Assembly: GCF_036507355.1 (NCBI RefSeq)
Contig: NZ_AP027877.1
From: Escherichia coli
Lineage (GTDB): Bacteria; Pseudomonadota; Gammaproteobacteria; Enterobacterales; Enterobacteriaceae
Direction: 5' to 3' (one strand)
DNA length: 64,000 nt
Within the stretch, counting starts at the first letter, position 1; every line of letters begins with the position of its first letter. The notes under the pieces are model-generated. The model did not search any database, was not told where the DNA came from, and worked only from the letters and a program-made list of their open reading frames with translations. Below are positions 24,922 to 35,451 of the stretch, piece by piece. A program made the translations under genes and the position numbers.

Positions 24922-25986
24922 ATGAGTAAAGTGAAAAGTATCACCCGTGAATCCTGGATCCTGAGCACTTTCCCGGAGTGGGGTAGCTGGTTGAATGAAG
25001 AAATTGAACAAGAACAGGTCGCTCCTGGCACATTTGCGATGTGGTGGCTTGGCTGCACCGGGATCTGGTTGAAATCGGAAGGTGGCACCAACGTTTGCGT
25101 TGATTTCTGGTGCGGCACTGGCAAACAAAGTCACGGTAACCCGTTAATGAAACAGGGTCACCAGATGCAGCGCATGGCTGGCGTGAAAAAACTGCAGCCA
25201 AACCTGCGTACCACCCCGTTTGTTCTTGATCCGTTTGCGATTCGCCAGATCGACGCGGTACTGGCGACTCACGATCACAACGATCATATCGACGTTAACG
25301 TCGCTGCTGCCGTGATGCAGAACTGTGCTGATGACGTACCGTTTATCGGACCGAAAACCTGTGTGGATTTGTGGATTGGCTGGGGCGTACCGAAAGAGCG
25401 TTGCATCGTGGTCAAACCGGGCGATGTAGTAAAAGTGAAAGACATTGAAATTCATGCGCTTGATGCTTTCGACCGTACTGCACTGATCACCCTGCCTGCC
25501 GATCAAAAAGCGGCTGGCGTACTGCCAGATGGCATGGACGATCGCGCGGTGAACTACCTGTTCAAAACGCCTGGCGGCTCCCTGTATCACAGCGGCGACT
25601 CCCACTACTCTAACTATTATGCGAAGCACGGTAACGAACATCAGATCGACGTGGCGTTAGGATCGTACGGCGAAAACCCGCGCGGTATCACCGACAAAAT
25701 GACCAGCGCCGATATGCTGCGTATGGGTGAAGCGCTGAATGCGAAAGTGGTTATCCCGTTCCACCACGATATCTGGTCAAACTTCCAGGCCGATCCGCAA
25801 GAGATCCGCGTGCTGTGGGAGATGAAAAAAGATCGCCTGAAGTATGGCTTCAAGCCGTTTATCTGGCAGGTGGGCGGCAAATTTACCTGGCCGCTGGATA
25901 AAGACAACTTCGAGTACCACTATCCGCGCGGTTTCGATGATTGCTTCACTATTGAACCGGATCTGCCGTTCAAGTCATTCCTGTAA
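24922..25986 (+). CDS. ulaG: L-ascorbate-6-phosphate lactonase (metallo-beta-lactamase fold)
   Basis: ORF track 24916..25986; ATG at 24922 gives [20 protein letters not shown]..., 354 aa. Confidence 0.95.
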
Positions 25987-26093
25987 TCTGTCATTTATAC
26001 CGGGTAGCGTGGAGAAGTTCGCGCTATCCGGCGTAGTATTTCCTGGCTATTTCAAATATCATCTAAAAAAATCAAATTTTATCGGAATAGCTC

Positions 26094-26849
26094 ATGACTG
26101 AAGCACAAAGACATCAAATCCTCCTGGAAATGCTCGCACAATTGGGCTTTGTGACCGTTGAGAAAGTCGTTGAGCGTCTGGGAATTTCGCCTGCCACTGC
26201 GCGACGCGATATCAATAAACTTGACGAAAGCGGCAAACTGAAAAAAGTGCGCAATGGCGCAGAAGCTATTACCCAACAGCGCCCGCGCTGGACGCCGATG
26301 AATCTGCATCAGGCGCAGAATCACGATGAAAAAGTACGTATCGCTAAAGCGGCCTCGCAGCTGGTTAATCCGGGCGAAAGCGTAGTCATCAACTGCGGCT
26401 CCACCGCGTTTCTGCTTGGGCGGGAAATGTGTGGCAAGCCAGTGCAAATCATCACTAATTATCTACCGCTGGCAAATTACCTGATCGATCAAGAACATGA
26501 CAGCGTGATCATTATGGGCGGACAGTACAACAAAAGTCAGTCCATCACTTTAAGCCCGCAGGGCAGCGAAAACAGTCTCTATGCCGGGCACTGGATGTTT
26601 ACCAGCGGAAAAGGGCTGACCGCAGAAGGGTTGTATAAAACCGATATGCTGACAGCAATGGCAGAGCAGAAGATGCTGAGCGTGGTAGGGAAACTGGTGG
26701 TACTGGTTGATAGCAGTAAGATTGGCGAACGCGCGGGAATGCTTTTTAGCCGTGCCGATCAAATCGATATGCTTATCACCGGCAAAAATGCTAACCCGGA
26801 AATCCTGCAACAACTGGAAGCGCAAGGGGTCAGCATTCTGCGTGTTTAA
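26094..26849 (+). CDS. ulaR: DeoR-family repressor of the ula regulon
   Basis: ORF track 251 aa; N-terminal HTH and DeoR C-terminal domain. Confidence 0.95.
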
Positions 26850-27595
26850 AGATGCTGGCGGAAAAATGTCACGGCAGCATCTAACGCCTCAGGCGTAATG
26901 CGGTGACGCACGCCTGGCTGCCATGAACAGGTTAGCAGTTTATCCCGTCCCGTCTCGCTTAAGGCCTGCTGCAAACGTAGTGATTCGTCGGCAGGCACAA
27001 CGTCATCGTCGAGGCCATGCCACAGCAGTAGAGGTCTGTCACTAAGTTGTTCCAGGTGGTTTGTCGCTTCCCACTCTGCCAGCGGCGCGACAATGTTATT
27101 GAATTCATTCTGCTGTGCTGTCGTTTCAGGTATCAGCGGTGGAAACAGTGAACGGGCGAGCGATGTAAAATAGCCCGATCCCATCATGCTGGCGGTACAT
27201 TTCACCGTGGGGTGGCGAGCGGTAATTCCCAGTGCCGTCATCGCGCCCATCGACGCGCCACCGACTGCCAGACGGTCATCAAGCAGCCAGTTTTCTTCGG
27301 CTATTGCCGCACGTAAAGTAGTGAATTCCTGCATACTTTGTAGCAAGATTTGCCAGAATTGATTTAACCGCCGCGCTGCGTCACCACTAAAACGACTACC
27401 GTGATCGGGCGCATCCGGCATGATCACCCGCAAACCAGCCTGCGCCAGCGCAACGGCAAAATAGCTATACACCAGACTGGACGAAGTAAAGCCGTGATAA
27501 AAAATCGCGCACGGTAACGGGGTATCTTTTTGTCCGACAGGATAAGCATGAAGAACGGGAATATCTGCCAGCTCGCGTGATTCTATTTCAATCAT
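26846..27595 (-). CDS. yjfP: Esterase (alpha/beta hydrolase)
   Basis: ORF track 249 aa; GASMG nucleophile-elbow motif. Confidence 0.9.
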
Positions 27596-27776
27596 CTGTC
27601 TCTCCTTTTTGTCTGGTATGACATGAAGAAATCCTTAGCACAAGTTTCTGCTGGCGGTATTAGTTCATAATGTTGAGATGTGGGTTACGCTTTCGTCACG
27701 TTTTCATTCGAAAATCGCGTACCAGGTAACAATTCGGGAACATTCCCCCAAAGTTAAATTAATAAGGCACTACACT

Positions 27777-28106
27777 ATGGTTAGCAGGAAACGTAATAGC
27801 GTTATTTACCGGTTTGCCAGTTTATTATTGGTGTTGATGTTAAGTGCCTGTAGCGCACTGCAAGGTACGCCACAGCCAGCACCGCCAGTAACCGACCATC
27901 CGCAAGAGATTCGCCGCGACCAGACGCAAGGGTTACAGCGAATAGGTAGCGTAAGCACGATGGTTCGGGGTTCTCCGGATGACGCATTAGCAGAAATCAA
28001 AGCGAAAGCTGTCGCTGCAAAAGCTGATTATTACGTTGTCGTCATGGTGGACGAAACCATCGTGACAGGACAGTGGTATTCACACGCCATTTTGTACCGT
28101 AAATAA
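27777..28106 (+). CDS. bsmA: Biofilm stress and motility protein A (DUF1471, lipoprotein-like signal)
   Basis: ORF track 27678..28106; ATG at 27777 gives MVSRKRNSVIYRFASLLLVLMLSAC..., 109 aa. Confidence 0.9.
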   Translation: MVSRKRNSVIYRFASLLLVLMLSACSALQGTPQPAPPVTDHPQEIRRDQTQGLQRIGSVSTMVRGSPDDALAEIKAKAVAAKADYYVVVMVDETIVTGQWYSHAILYRK

Positions 28107-28254
28107 ATCAGACAACTTACATAGTCAGCTTTACATTGCTTTGCGTCCCTATGCGTTTACCTGTGCACAATAAATTACCGGCTGGAAGCCTGGGCGTTTA
28201 TTACCGCGATGGAATGCCCTGCAACATGTGGGGAAACGAAAAATGGAGCTGACG

Positions 28255-28530
28255 ATGAAACAATTACTTGCCTCACCCTCGCTGCAATTAGTGACTTATC
28301 CTGCGAGCGCCACGGCACAGTCTGCAGAATTCGCCAGTGCTGACTGCGTGACGGGCCTGAATGAAATAGGTCAGATCTCAGTTAGCAATATTTCAGGGGA
28401 TCCGCAGGACGTGGAACGTATCGTGGCGTTAAAGGCCGATGAACAAGGTGCGTCATGGTACCGCATTATTACCATGTACGAAGACCAGCAGTCTGATAAC
28501 TGGCGCGTACAGGCGATACTGTATGCATGA
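28255..28530 (+). CDS. yjfN: DUF1471 small periplasmic protein
   Basis: ORF track 28228..28530; ATG at 28255 gives MKQLLASPSLQLVTYPASATA..., 91 aa. Confidence 0.85.
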   Translation: MKQLLASPSLQLVTYPASATAQSAEFASADCVTGLNEIGQISVSNISGDPQDVERIVALKADEQGASWYRIITMYEDQQSDNWRVQAILYA

Positions 28531-28564
28531 GTGTCATCTACAGCAAATGAACAATGCCGGATGC

Positions 28565-28599
28565 GGCGCGAGCGCCTTGTCCGGCCTACAATTTTCACA
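28565..28599. repeat. REP element
   Basis: gccggatgcggcgcgagcgccttgtccggcctac. Confidence 0.7.
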
Positions 28600-28646
28600 T
28601 ATTTCATTGAGTTAATCGAAACCAGCGTCGCATCAGTCGTATACGC

Positions 28647-30272
28647 TTACACACACACTCCCCCCGTCGCCCGCAGCAATAAATCATTCTGGATCTGCTC
28701 TGACAACCGTACGCCGCCGCGCGTATCTAACATCACCTGACACCACGCCTGCGCCATTGGCGGAGAGGCATATTTCAACATTTGCGCACCGCAGCCCAGC
28801 AGGAATAGCTGATGAGTAATCTCTCGCCCCAGTTCTTCAGCTGGCTTACGCAGCTGCTGCTGTAAACGACGAACCGCGCGATCAAAATAGCGATCCTGCC
28901 CTTTCACTTCCACAAATGCTTCCGACAATAAGTCGTATACGCCCGCTTGCTTATTGAGAACGCGCAACACATCCAGGCACATAATATTGCCGGAACCTTC
29001 CCAAATACTGTTTACCGGCATCTCCCGGTAAAGCCGCGGCAGCTCGCTCTCCTCGCAATAACCAATGCCGCCCAGCACCTCCATCGCTTCGGCCACAAAC
29101 GGCATACCTCGTTTGCAGATCACAAATTTTGCCGCAGGCGTAAATAAACGCGCCCACAGGGCTTCTTTGGCATCGGCACGCCGGTCCCACGCTCGCGCAA
29201 GACGAAACAGCAACGCCGTTTGCCCTTCAAGCTGAAGTGCCATGCGACTTAAGACATGACGCATAAGGGGCTGTTGGATCAATGGATTACCAAAAACATG
29301 GCGTTGATGTGCATGATAAATCGCCAGCGAAAATGCACGGCGCATCATGGCATGGCTACCCAGGGCGCAATCAAAACGCGTCATCCCCCCCATTTTCAGG
29401 ATCAGACGAATTCCTTCCCCTTCCTGCCCCAATAACCAGCCAATGGCATCCTGAAACTCCACTTCGCAACTGGCGTTAGAGCGATTACCCAGCTTATCTT
29501 TCAGCCGCTCGAGGCGAATCGCGTTGCGTTGCCCGTCAGGCAAAAAGCGCGGCACAAAAAAGCAGGACAGACCGCCCGCGGTCTGCGCCAGCACCAGATG
29601 CGCATCGCTTTGCGGCACCGAGAAAAACCATTTATGCCCCACCAGCCGATAAGAGCCATCTTCCAAACGCTCTGCACGGGTGGTGTTGCTCATGACATCG
29701 GAACCGCCCTGCTTTTCCGTCATTCCCATGCCAATCAACAAACCGCGTTTTTGCCCACCTGGCAATAAGTGAGAATCGTAGCGATCGCTCAACAGCGGCG
29801 TGGTCCAGTCCTGAAACGGCGCGGGTAACATCTGTAACAACAATGGCGTGGCGGCAAAGGTCATCGTTATTGGACATAACGACCCAGCCTCAACCTGCGC
29901 ATGTAACATAAAACGCGCCGCGCGCGCCACAAATGCGCCGGAGCGAGCGTCTTCTTCCCAGGCAAGATTGTGCACCCGATTGGTACATAGTGCCTGCATC
30001 AGCAGGTGCCAGGCGGGGTGAAAACGCACATCGTCCAGACGGCGTCCTTGCGCATCGTAGCGCAATAATTCAGGCGGATTCACATTCGCCAGCCGCCCCA
30101 GTTCAAGGGATTCAGCCGTTCCTAACTGCTGACCAATACTGGCTAGAAAATCGCTATCCCAGCCAGCACCTTCACGCGTTACCGCTTCGCAAAGCGCGCC
30201 ATCAGACAGGTATAAGTTGCTGTTATTTAATGGTATAGCTTGATTAAAAACGATGTGAGTTTGCCAGTGCAC
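28647..30272 (-). CDS. aidB: Adaptive-response protein AidB (acyl-CoA dehydrogenase family)
   Basis: ORF track 28647..30290; start taken at GTG 30270-30272 (VHWQTH...), 541 aa. Confidence 0.92.
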   Translation of the reverse strand: MHWQTHIVFNQAIPLNNSNLYLSDGALCEAVTREGAGWDSDFLASIGQQLGTAESLELGRLANVNPPELLRYDAQGRRLDDVRFHPAWHLLMQALCTNRVHNLAWEEDARSGAFVARAARFMLHAQVEAGSLCPITMTFAATPLLLQMLPAPFQDWTTPLLSDRYDSHLLPGGQKRGLLIGMGMTEKQGGSDVMSNTTRAERLEDGSYRLVGHKWFFSVPQSDAHLVLAQTAGGLSCFFVPRFLPDGQRNAIRLERLKDKLGNRSNASCEVEFQDAIGWLLGQEGEGIRLILKMGGMTRFDCALGSHAMMRRAFSLAIYHAHQRHVFGNPLIQQPLMRHVLSRMALQLEGQTALLFRLARAWDRRADAKEALWARLFTPAAKFVICKRGMPFVAEAMEVLGGIGYCEESELPRLYREMPVNSIWEGSGNIMCLDVLRVLNKQAGVYDLLSEAFVEVKGQDRYFDRAVRRLQQQLRKPAEELGREITHQLFLLGCGAQMLKYASPPMAQAWCQVMLDTRGGVRLSEQIQNDLLLRATGGVCV

Positions 30273-30355
30273 TGTGTCTCCCTCCATCAATGGCAGTCAC
30301 CATTAGTATGGTCACTGCCATGGATTCATGACAGAAAGAGATTGCTAAAACATTC

Positions 30356-31519
30356 TTATCCAGCAATGTAATGCGGAACGAAACGTGAGGTGTCTTTGGT
30401 GATCAGCGTGTTATCTTCACGGATCCCCATTCCGCACGCTTCATCATCGACAATCCAGCTACCGATGAGTGTGTAGCTATCGCCAAACCGCGGCAGAGGT
30501 TGAAACGCCTGGTAGATCATCGGTTCATCGGCGTAATCACCATCAGCGTGGTCAACGACGTTATTCTGGCCGTCGAAAATGGTGACATTTCCGCCTTCGC
30601 GCGAGTAGATCGGTTTACGCACATAGCTTTCGCCAGCGGCAATCTGCGGTTTTTCACCCTCAAACCAGGATGCAAGAAGGTTAGGATGACCAGGGAAGAA
30701 GCGCCAAAGCAGCGGCATTAGCCCTTTATTACTCAAGATACTTTTCCATAACGGCTCCACCCATTGCTCGCGACGCTTGCGCAGCAGCGGACCATTATCG
30801 TCACGCATCATCCACTCCAGCGGATACAGCTTAAATGCACGCTGGATGACATTATCATCAAGATCGGTCAGTACGCCGCCGACGCCCAAACCGAGATCTT
30901 CAATGTAGATAAACCGCGACTCCTGCCCTGCCTGCTGGGCGCAGTCCTGCAAGTACAGCACGGTACTCCTGTCTTCATCGGTGTCCTGACAGCAGCAAAA
31001 ATAAAACGGTTCCCGACTGTAAAGCTCACTAAAGCGCGAAATCAGGCGTTCCTGAATAGCATTGTACTGATCGGCATCACGGGGAATAATGCCGCTGCGC
31101 CGGGCATCCTCCAGCCACAGCCACTGGAAATAAGCCGACTCGTACAATGAAGTCGGCGTATCGGCGTTGTACTCCAGCAGCTTCACCGGCGCATTGCCAC
31201 ACCAGGCAAAATCCATCCGTCCATACAGCGAAGGATCGCGTGCGCGCCAGCTTTCAGCGATCACATCCCAGTACAACGGCGGGATCGCCAGTTGCGTCAG
31301 GATCTCTTCATCTTTTACCGCGCGATCCACCACCTCAAGGCACATCTGATGCAGTTCCGCAGTCGGTTTTTCGATCTGCTCTTCAATCTGGCGCAGAGTA
31401 AAGCGGTAAGCCCGACTCTCATCCCAATAGATTTCATTGTCGATGATATGAAAGTCGAAACCGTTGTCAGCGGCGATCTGGTCCAGATCCCGCCGCACAG
31501 GAACGTTGTGTCTCAGCAT
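30356..31519 (-). CDS. yjfC: Glutathionylspermidine synthase-like ATP-grasp protein (no amidase domain)
   Basis: ORF track 30356..31534; start MLRHNVPVRRDLDQIAAD..., 387 aa. Confidence 0.85.
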   Translation of the reverse strand: MLRHNVPVRRDLDQIAADNGFDFHIIDNEIYWDESRAYRFTLRQIEEQIEKPTAELHQMCLEVVDRAVKDEEILTQLAIPPLYWDVIAESWRARDPSLYGRMDFAWCGNAPVKLLEYNADTPTSLYESAYFQWLWLEDARRSGIIPRDADQYNAIQERLISRFSELYSREPFYFCCCQDTDEDRSTVLYLQDCAQQAGQESRFIYIEDLGLGVGGVLTDLDDNVIQRAFKLYPLEWMMRDDNGPLLRKRREQWVEPLWKSILSNKGLMPLLWRFFPGHPNLLASWFEGEKPQIAAGESYVRKPIYSREGGNVTIFDGQNNVVDHADGDYADEPMIYQAFQPLPRFGDSYTLIGSWIVDDEACGMGIREDNTLITKDTSRFVPHYIAG

Positions 31520-31521
31520 GA

Positions 31522-32160
31522 TTAGCCTCCCCAATGCCCACGGGCGCTGGAAGAACGACCATAGCCGCCGCGCGAAACGGTTGACGCTTTTTTGGTGGTA
31601 AAGCCGCCTGAAGAGTAAGACTCTTTTTTGCCAGAACCGGAGCGCCAGGAGTAATCACCGGAAGTGTTGCGCCAGACGGGGCGGGAAGCAAATGAGGATC
31701 CGCCGCTGTTATAGACGAACGGCTCATCGCGATCTTTACGAATAACCCGGCTTAACAAAAATCCAGAAACGACCGGGATCCAACTCTGTTCAACATTGTC
31801 GTAGTAGCAATTTTCGTACTTAGACTGACAGTTCTGCTGAGTCATATTCTTCGGAACATCGGCATAAAATGCTGCTTTGGCGTTGTTCCAGCCACGCGCG
31901 CAAATGTCGGCATTATTACCGTCATCAATACAATCCTGCACAGTCGAGTAAAACGTTCCGTCGCCGTCGTTATCGACATCGCTACTTTCACTCCATCCTT
32001 TGACTATTAAAAAAGCGGCACCGCCCATTAGCGCCAACGTTAAGTATTTTTGTGCGTAACGATTGCGACGCGGTTCAAAAGGATTATTCGGTCTGCCAAT
32101 GCGACTGATCGCTCCGTGACCAATTTTACTGTTATTTCTTGATTTGCGTTTTCTGGCCAT
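31522..32160 (-). CDS. yjfM: DUF1190 protein
   Basis: ORF track 212 aa; basic N-terminus, one TM segment, Gly/Ser-rich C-terminus. Confidence 0.85.
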   Translation of the reverse strand: MARKRKSRNNSKIGHGAISRIGRPNNPFEPRRNRYAQKYLTLALMGGAAFLIVKGWSESSDVDNDGDGTFYSTVQDCIDDGNNADICARGWNNAKAAFYADVPKNMTQQNCQSKYENCYYDNVEQSWIPVVSGFLLSRVIRKDRDEPFVYNSGGSSFASRPVWRNTSGDYSWRSGSGKKESYSSGGFTTKKASTVSRGGYGRSSSARGHWGG

Positions 32161-33244
32161 GATCGTCCATTACCATGTCATACATGGCTGCGTTAAAAAT
32201 ACCACCAGCCAGTGCGGCGGTTCCCATAAACATTCCTGCTGCGGTATTGTGATTAATAATTTTTTCGCTTAATGCGGGCATATAAAGTCTGACACCAGCA
32301 AAAACGAGTAACTGAATCACTAGTGCAATCCCGCCCCAGGCGAAATAGTCTGGAATACTCACCGCATTGATTGCCGCACTGGATAAGGGGATCACGTAAC
32401 CCAACAATGTACCGCTGAATGCCAGTGACGCCGCGGTATTATTGTTTTTGATTAATTGCCATTCGTTGTGCGGTGTAATTTTGGAGTAGATAAACAGAAA
32501 AATAATCACCATAGCCACGCCAATAAAAAAATAGGCACTAAAGGCAAGAAGTGAATCCAGTATATGCATTGTAAACGTCCTTGTAATTAACCAATAATAT
32601 GAAGTGATGTCAGCGGGATATCGACACCCAGCGCGCGAAAATAACCACTCTGGCTCGCCGAGATCGTTAAAAGATTCCTCACCATTTAACAGCAAATATT
32701 CGTAAGTATCTTCGGTCACTTGCCGCTGGTAACCCATGGTAAAATTATGGACTTCCCATTTGGCATGGTTTTGATTTTCTACTTTTTCCAGCATGTAGAC
32801 GGGTTCGATATTTCCCGGTTCTTCGCTGTTAAAAAATCGCTGCCAGCGTTTTTCCTGCCAGTTTAAGGTCATTGCCCCCATCGCTTTGGCGTTGATCGCC
32901 TCGCGCCAGTGACTCTCTTTACTGATACCGTAGCTCTCTTCATAGACAAAGAGCTTGATATCATCAATGTCATCAATATCTTCGCCGCCGGTGGTATTGA
33001 TTTGCAGAAACTCATCGCCTGAAGTGTAGTAGCGGAAAATCTGGCTACCGCCGCCCAGATCGATGTGACTGACAGCGGCTACCGTAAATTCCTCACCCGG
33101 CAGCGCAATCAGCAATTCATCTTCCAGCAAACGAAACGCTAACGTGTCGAGCGTAAAGCCACTATTAAGATGAAGGCCCAGCGGACCGCGAGCGATTGCA
33201 GGCTTATTATCCTTGCCAAACAGACGCTGGAAAAAACCAGACAT
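32132..33244 (-). CDS. yjfK-yjfL: Single 370-aa ORF joining a YjfK-like (DUF2491) N-terminal part to a YjfL-like (DUF350) C-terminal part
   Basis: ORF track 32132..33244 continuous; internal ATG at 32567-32569 (MHILDSLLAF...) preceded by aagga SD marks the yjfL start; the upstream 225 codons are YjfK-like. Confidence 0.7.
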   Translation of the reverse strand: MSGFFQRLFGKDNKPAIARGPLGLHLNSGFTLDTLAFRLLEDELLIALPGEEFTVAAVSHIDLGGGSQIFRYYTSGDEFLQINTTGGEDIDDIDDIKLFVYEESYGISKESHWREAINAKAMGAMTLNWQEKRWQRFFNSEEPGNIEPVYMLEKVENQNHAKWEVHNFTMGYQRQVTEDTYEYLLLNGEESFNDLGEPEWLFSRAGCRYPADITSYYWLITRTFTMHILDSLLAFSAYFFIGVAMVIIFLFIYSKITPHNEWQLIKNNNTAASLAFSGTLLGYVIPLSSAAINAVSIPDYFAWGGIALVIQLLVFAGVRLYMPALSEKIINHNTAAGMFMGTAALAGGIFNAAMYDMVMDDHGQKTQIKK

Positions 33245-33294
33245 ATTTTATCCTTAAAATAGTTGCCAGCCTTGCAGTGAGGCTGGCAAAAAAA

Positions 33295-33993
33295 TTACTC
33301 GCCCTGTTGGCGTTGCAGTCTTGCTAATACATCCTGGGCGCTACTTTTATTGCTACCGCCAATTCCGGCTTCCGCCAGCTTTTCATCAAGATCGCGACCG
33401 TCTGCGACTTTCTCCAACTGTGCGGCAGCATCCAGGCGAGCCTGACGTTCGGCCTGACGCGTTTGCAGGCGTTTTAAGGATTCTGCCGCTGTCGAAACGC
33501 TGGAAGATGCGCCAACGGTAGAGGTTGTTACAGCCTGTTGTGCACGCTGCATGGCTTCAGTGGCTTTAACGACTTCCATTTGCTGCTCAAACTGAGCGAT
33601 ACGCTGCGCTGTCGCTGTAACTGCTTTTTCCACGCCATCACGGGAGACTTCCAGATTCGACAACACTTGCTCTTCAGCGGTAATGAGATTCTCAAGGCGC
33701 GCGATTTCTTCAGCAACTTCGTTAATCAACGACGGATTAACGTTCTTGCTTAACGCTTCCAGCGCACGGGCTTCCAGACTGGCTTTGCGCTCACGTAAAT
33801 CTTTCAGCTTATCGTGACTTAATTTCACCCGCGCCAGCAGATCAACGCGAGATTTTCCGGCTTTATCGAGTTCAGCTTTAGCGTCACGAATATACTGTTC
33901 CAGCATGCGCACACCCTGGGTTTCTTCAATGGACTCTTCCGCCTGGGAGATAAACGATTTCCCCAGCGTAAATAAACTTTTTAAAATTCCCAT
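33295..33993 (-). CDS. yjfJ: PspA/IM30-family protein
   Basis: ORF track 232 aa; coiled-coil-rich. Confidence 0.9.
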   Translation of the reverse strand: MGILKSLFTLGKSFISQAEESIEETQGVRMLEQYIRDAKAELDKAGKSRVDLLARVKLSHDKLKDLRERKASLEARALEALSKNVNPSLINEVAEEIARLENLITAEEQVLSNLEVSRDGVEKAVTATAQRIAQFEQQMEVVKATEAMQRAQQAVTTSTVGASSSVSTAAESLKRLQTRQAERQARLDAAAQLEKVADGRDLDEKLAEAGIGGSNKSSAQDVLARLQRQQGE

Positions 33994-34011
33994 AAATACC
34001 CGTCCTTGTAA

Positions 34012-34413
34012 TTAGTGTGAATATTCTTCTGTAATTTCAGCCAGATCCAATGCGTTATCTACCAGCGAGGTTATCTCAAGCAGGATATCTTCAAGAGAAG
34101 ATTTAAGCGATAACGCCCCGAAAACAATGTAATACTCTTCCTGTTGCACGCTGGAGATTCCTACCGATGACAACGGCATCATCTTCTGATTTCTTAATAA
34201 GAAGGTATTAAATTCATCTGGATTGCTGATACTACTTACCGGACAAATAAAGGTTTCGATAACCATTTGGCGGGAAGTAAAAAGAATATTGATTTGCAAA
34301 TCGCCATAATCATTCATTTTAATAATTAATGCGTTCTCGCTATTTGTTACATCAATATTTTGTTCATGTACAGTTTGCAGCGCCGTCGCCAGCGCCAACG
34401 GATTCCATGTCAT
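34012..34413 (-). CDS. yjfI: DUF2170 protein
   Basis: ORF track 133 aa. Confidence 0.85.
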   Translation of the reverse strand: MTWNPLALATALQTVHEQNIDVTNSENALIIKMNDYGDLQINILFTSRQMVIETFICPVSSISNPDEFNTFLLRNQKMMPLSSVGISSVQQEEYYIVFGALSLKSSLEDILLEITSLVDNALDLAEITEEYSH

Positions 34414-34539
34414 ATATTATTCCATATAGATTAAGTTTAAATATTAATAAAATGAATATTTGCAATACGTAATTATCTTACCAGCTATAGACAAAAAAAA
34501 ACCATCCAAATCTGGATGGCTTTTCATAATTCAGAGGAA

Positions 34540-35271
34540 CTAGCTGCGCTGACGCACCGCTTCAAATAAGCAAATTCCGGTTGCAACCGAAACGTTCAGG
34601 GAAGAAACACTTCCTGCCATTGGGATGCTGATCAACTCATCGCAATGTTCACGGGTCAGGCGACGCATACCTTCACCTTCCGCGCCCATCACCAGCGCCA
34701 GGCGTCCGGTCATTTTGCTCTGAAAGAGTGTATGATCCGCCTCGCCTGCCGTACCGACGATCCAGATATTCTCTTCCTGCAACATACGCATGGTGCGCGC
34801 AAGGTTAGTCACCCGAATCAGTGGAACGCTTTCTGCCGCGCCGCAGGCTACTTTTTTCGCCGTGGCGTTGAGCTGTGCGGAGCGATCTTTCGGCACAATC
34901 ACCGCGTGAACGCCAGCGGCGTCCGCGCTACGCAGGCACGCGCCGAGGTTGTGCGGATCGGTTACACCGTCGAGGATCAGCAGGAACGGTTGATCGAGCG
35001 AAGCGATCAGATCCGGCAGATCGTTTTCCTGATACTGACGTCCTGGCTTCACGCGGGCGATAATGCCCTGATGCACGGCACCGTCGCTTTTCTCGTCGAG
35101 ATATTGGCGGTTTGCCAACTGGATAACCACGCCCTGAGACTCAAGGGCATGAATCAGCGGTAACAGACGTTTATCTTCACGGCCTTTTAAAATAAAGACT
35201 TCCTGAAAACGTTCAGGGGCGCGCTCCAGCAGGGCCTGCACTGCGTGGATGCCGTAAATCATTTCGCTCAT
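34540..35271 (-). CDS. rlmB: 23S rRNA (guanosine-2'-O)-methyltransferase (SpoU family)
   Basis: ORF track 243 aa. Confidence 0.95.
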   Translation of the reverse strand: MSEMIYGIHAVQALLERAPERFQEVFILKGREDKRLLPLIHALESQGVVIQLANRQYLDEKSDGAVHQGIIARVKPGRQYQENDLPDLIASLDQPFLLILDGVTDPHNLGACLRSADAAGVHAVIVPKDRSAQLNATAKKVACGAAESVPLIRVTNLARTMRMLQEENIWIVGTAGEADHTLFQSKMTGRLALVMGAEGEGMRRLTREHCDELISIPMAGSVSSLNVSVATGICLFEAVRQRS

Positions 35272-35295
35272 TAATGTACTCGTTGTTTACGTTTT

Positions 35296-35395
35296 GCCTG
35301 ATGCACTACGTTTATCCGGTCTACATGATCCCTGCAATATATTGAATTTGCGTGATTATGTAGGCCGGATAAGGCGTTCACGCCGCATCCGGCAT
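35296..35395. repeat. REP/BIME-like palindromic units between rnr and rlmB
   Basis: gcctgatgcactacgtttatccggtctac and gtaggccggataaggcgttcacgccgcatccggca. Confidence 0.65.
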
Positions 35396-35451
35396 GAACA
35401 AAGCGCATTTTGTCAGCAATCTAACCCTCTTCTGTTTGAAGAGGGTAATGA

